A DNA stretch of 64,000 nt from Bispira polyomma. Taxonomy: Eukaryota. The stretch is taken from contig OZ287752.1 in assembly GCA_965649765.1 (NCBI GenBank), positions 60,574,001 through 60,638,000 on the forward strand, in the 5' to 3' direction. Positions 63,060-64,000 of the stretch are shown one piece after another. A program made the translations under genes and the position numbers. Below the pieces are notes generated by a model. That model had not been told where the DNA came from. It made no database searches and saw nothing but the letters and a program-made list of their open reading frames with translations. Numbering within the stretch: position 1 is the stretch's first letter; the number at the start of each line of letters is the position of its first letter.

Positions 63060-64000
63060 CTGCAAAGTCAAAGAAAACAGATGTAATAATAGTAAACACA
63101 TCACATAGAATAATCATTGTCTCATCTACACACCATTACACCTCTGGCAGCTTTGCTTATACATTAGTGGTATTATTCATCCATACAGCTTTGCTAAAAA
63201 AAATACTAGTATGAGTCACCCAAACCTATAAGTGGTCTAAATCCCCAAATTCAATAAAAGTGGAATCTAAAAGTCAGAAATATTTCTCAAAATCATTCTT
63301 TTATACAGCACTAGCAATGTGTGGAACTGCCTTCTTTTATAAATAAGAACTAGTCCATCCATCTTAGTTTTTCACCAAAAAAAAATTACATGTGTAAGCA
63401 TGATTTTCAGTTGTGCAAGGACTGTGATTCTGTTTAACGGAAATGATCGATTGTGCTTTTAAGTTCTACATTGTGGGAGAGATAAGGCATCACGCAGCAT
63501 AAACAAATACAACTAAGGATGATGAGCATATATTTGCTCAAGTAGTACATTTTCATTCAGCATTCAAAGGTTTTAAAGACATTGTAAAAAAAATCCTGCT
63601 AGTATGTTAGAAAATAAGAAATTGCTTATCATTTTGTCCCATTCACAAAAAAAACTATATTTTATCATGTTCTAATGAATGAATCAATCCCCATTCACAA
63701 ATTGGCGTTATACACGGTGGAACCTAGTCCTTCATCTCAGTAGAAGCGGATTGTATGGTGCATCCTGAATACTAATTTTGAATATTTTTTGTGTCGTGTA
63801 AGCCAGTATGGGGTATGGATATTGTATGATGATGTTGAAAGTTGGATGTAATAATTGTATGTCAACATATCCTAGTAAATTCTATATGATTCAATACAAC
63901 GGTTGTGTGAACACTGGTAGAACAAAAATGGGTTGTGTATGGAATCCTATTATGATCTTTTCAGTTCTGACCACTTTATGTCACTGGATTAATATCTTTT

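Overview
AT-rich animal genomic DNA. The repeat families and gene types suggest a mollusc or other lophotrochozoan (inference). It is not prokaryotic, and most ORF-track entries are noise. Three spliced genes can be reconstructed by hand from GT-AG sites and reading phase. (1) On the minus strand is the 5' part of a secreted Ig-domain gene (IMP-L2/ZIG-like), with a TATA promoter at about 16.27 kb, exons at 16157-16250, 14773-15119, 12111-12147 and 4874-5019, and evidence for a second internal promoter with its own signal peptide. (2) On the plus strand is an apparently complete type-I membrane C-type-lectin-like gene (57819-62291) whose CTLD exons are in swapped order: the C-terminal half directly follows the signal-peptide exon and precedes the N-terminal half. 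It would encode a circularly permuted C-type lectin domain, which is the main finding. (3) On the minus strand is the last exon of a chitin-binding type-2 (CBM14) gene, convergent with the lectin gene. About 40 kb between genes 1 and 2 is non-coding. It holds 47-bp and 54-bp minisatellite arrays, a decayed Mag-like Ty3/Gypsy element (both LTRs, PBS, PPT, TSD), an L2 fragment, several tRNA-derived SINE families (two with 14-bp TSDs), MITEs and Helentron-associated-like elements. All calls are by eye; no database searches were run.
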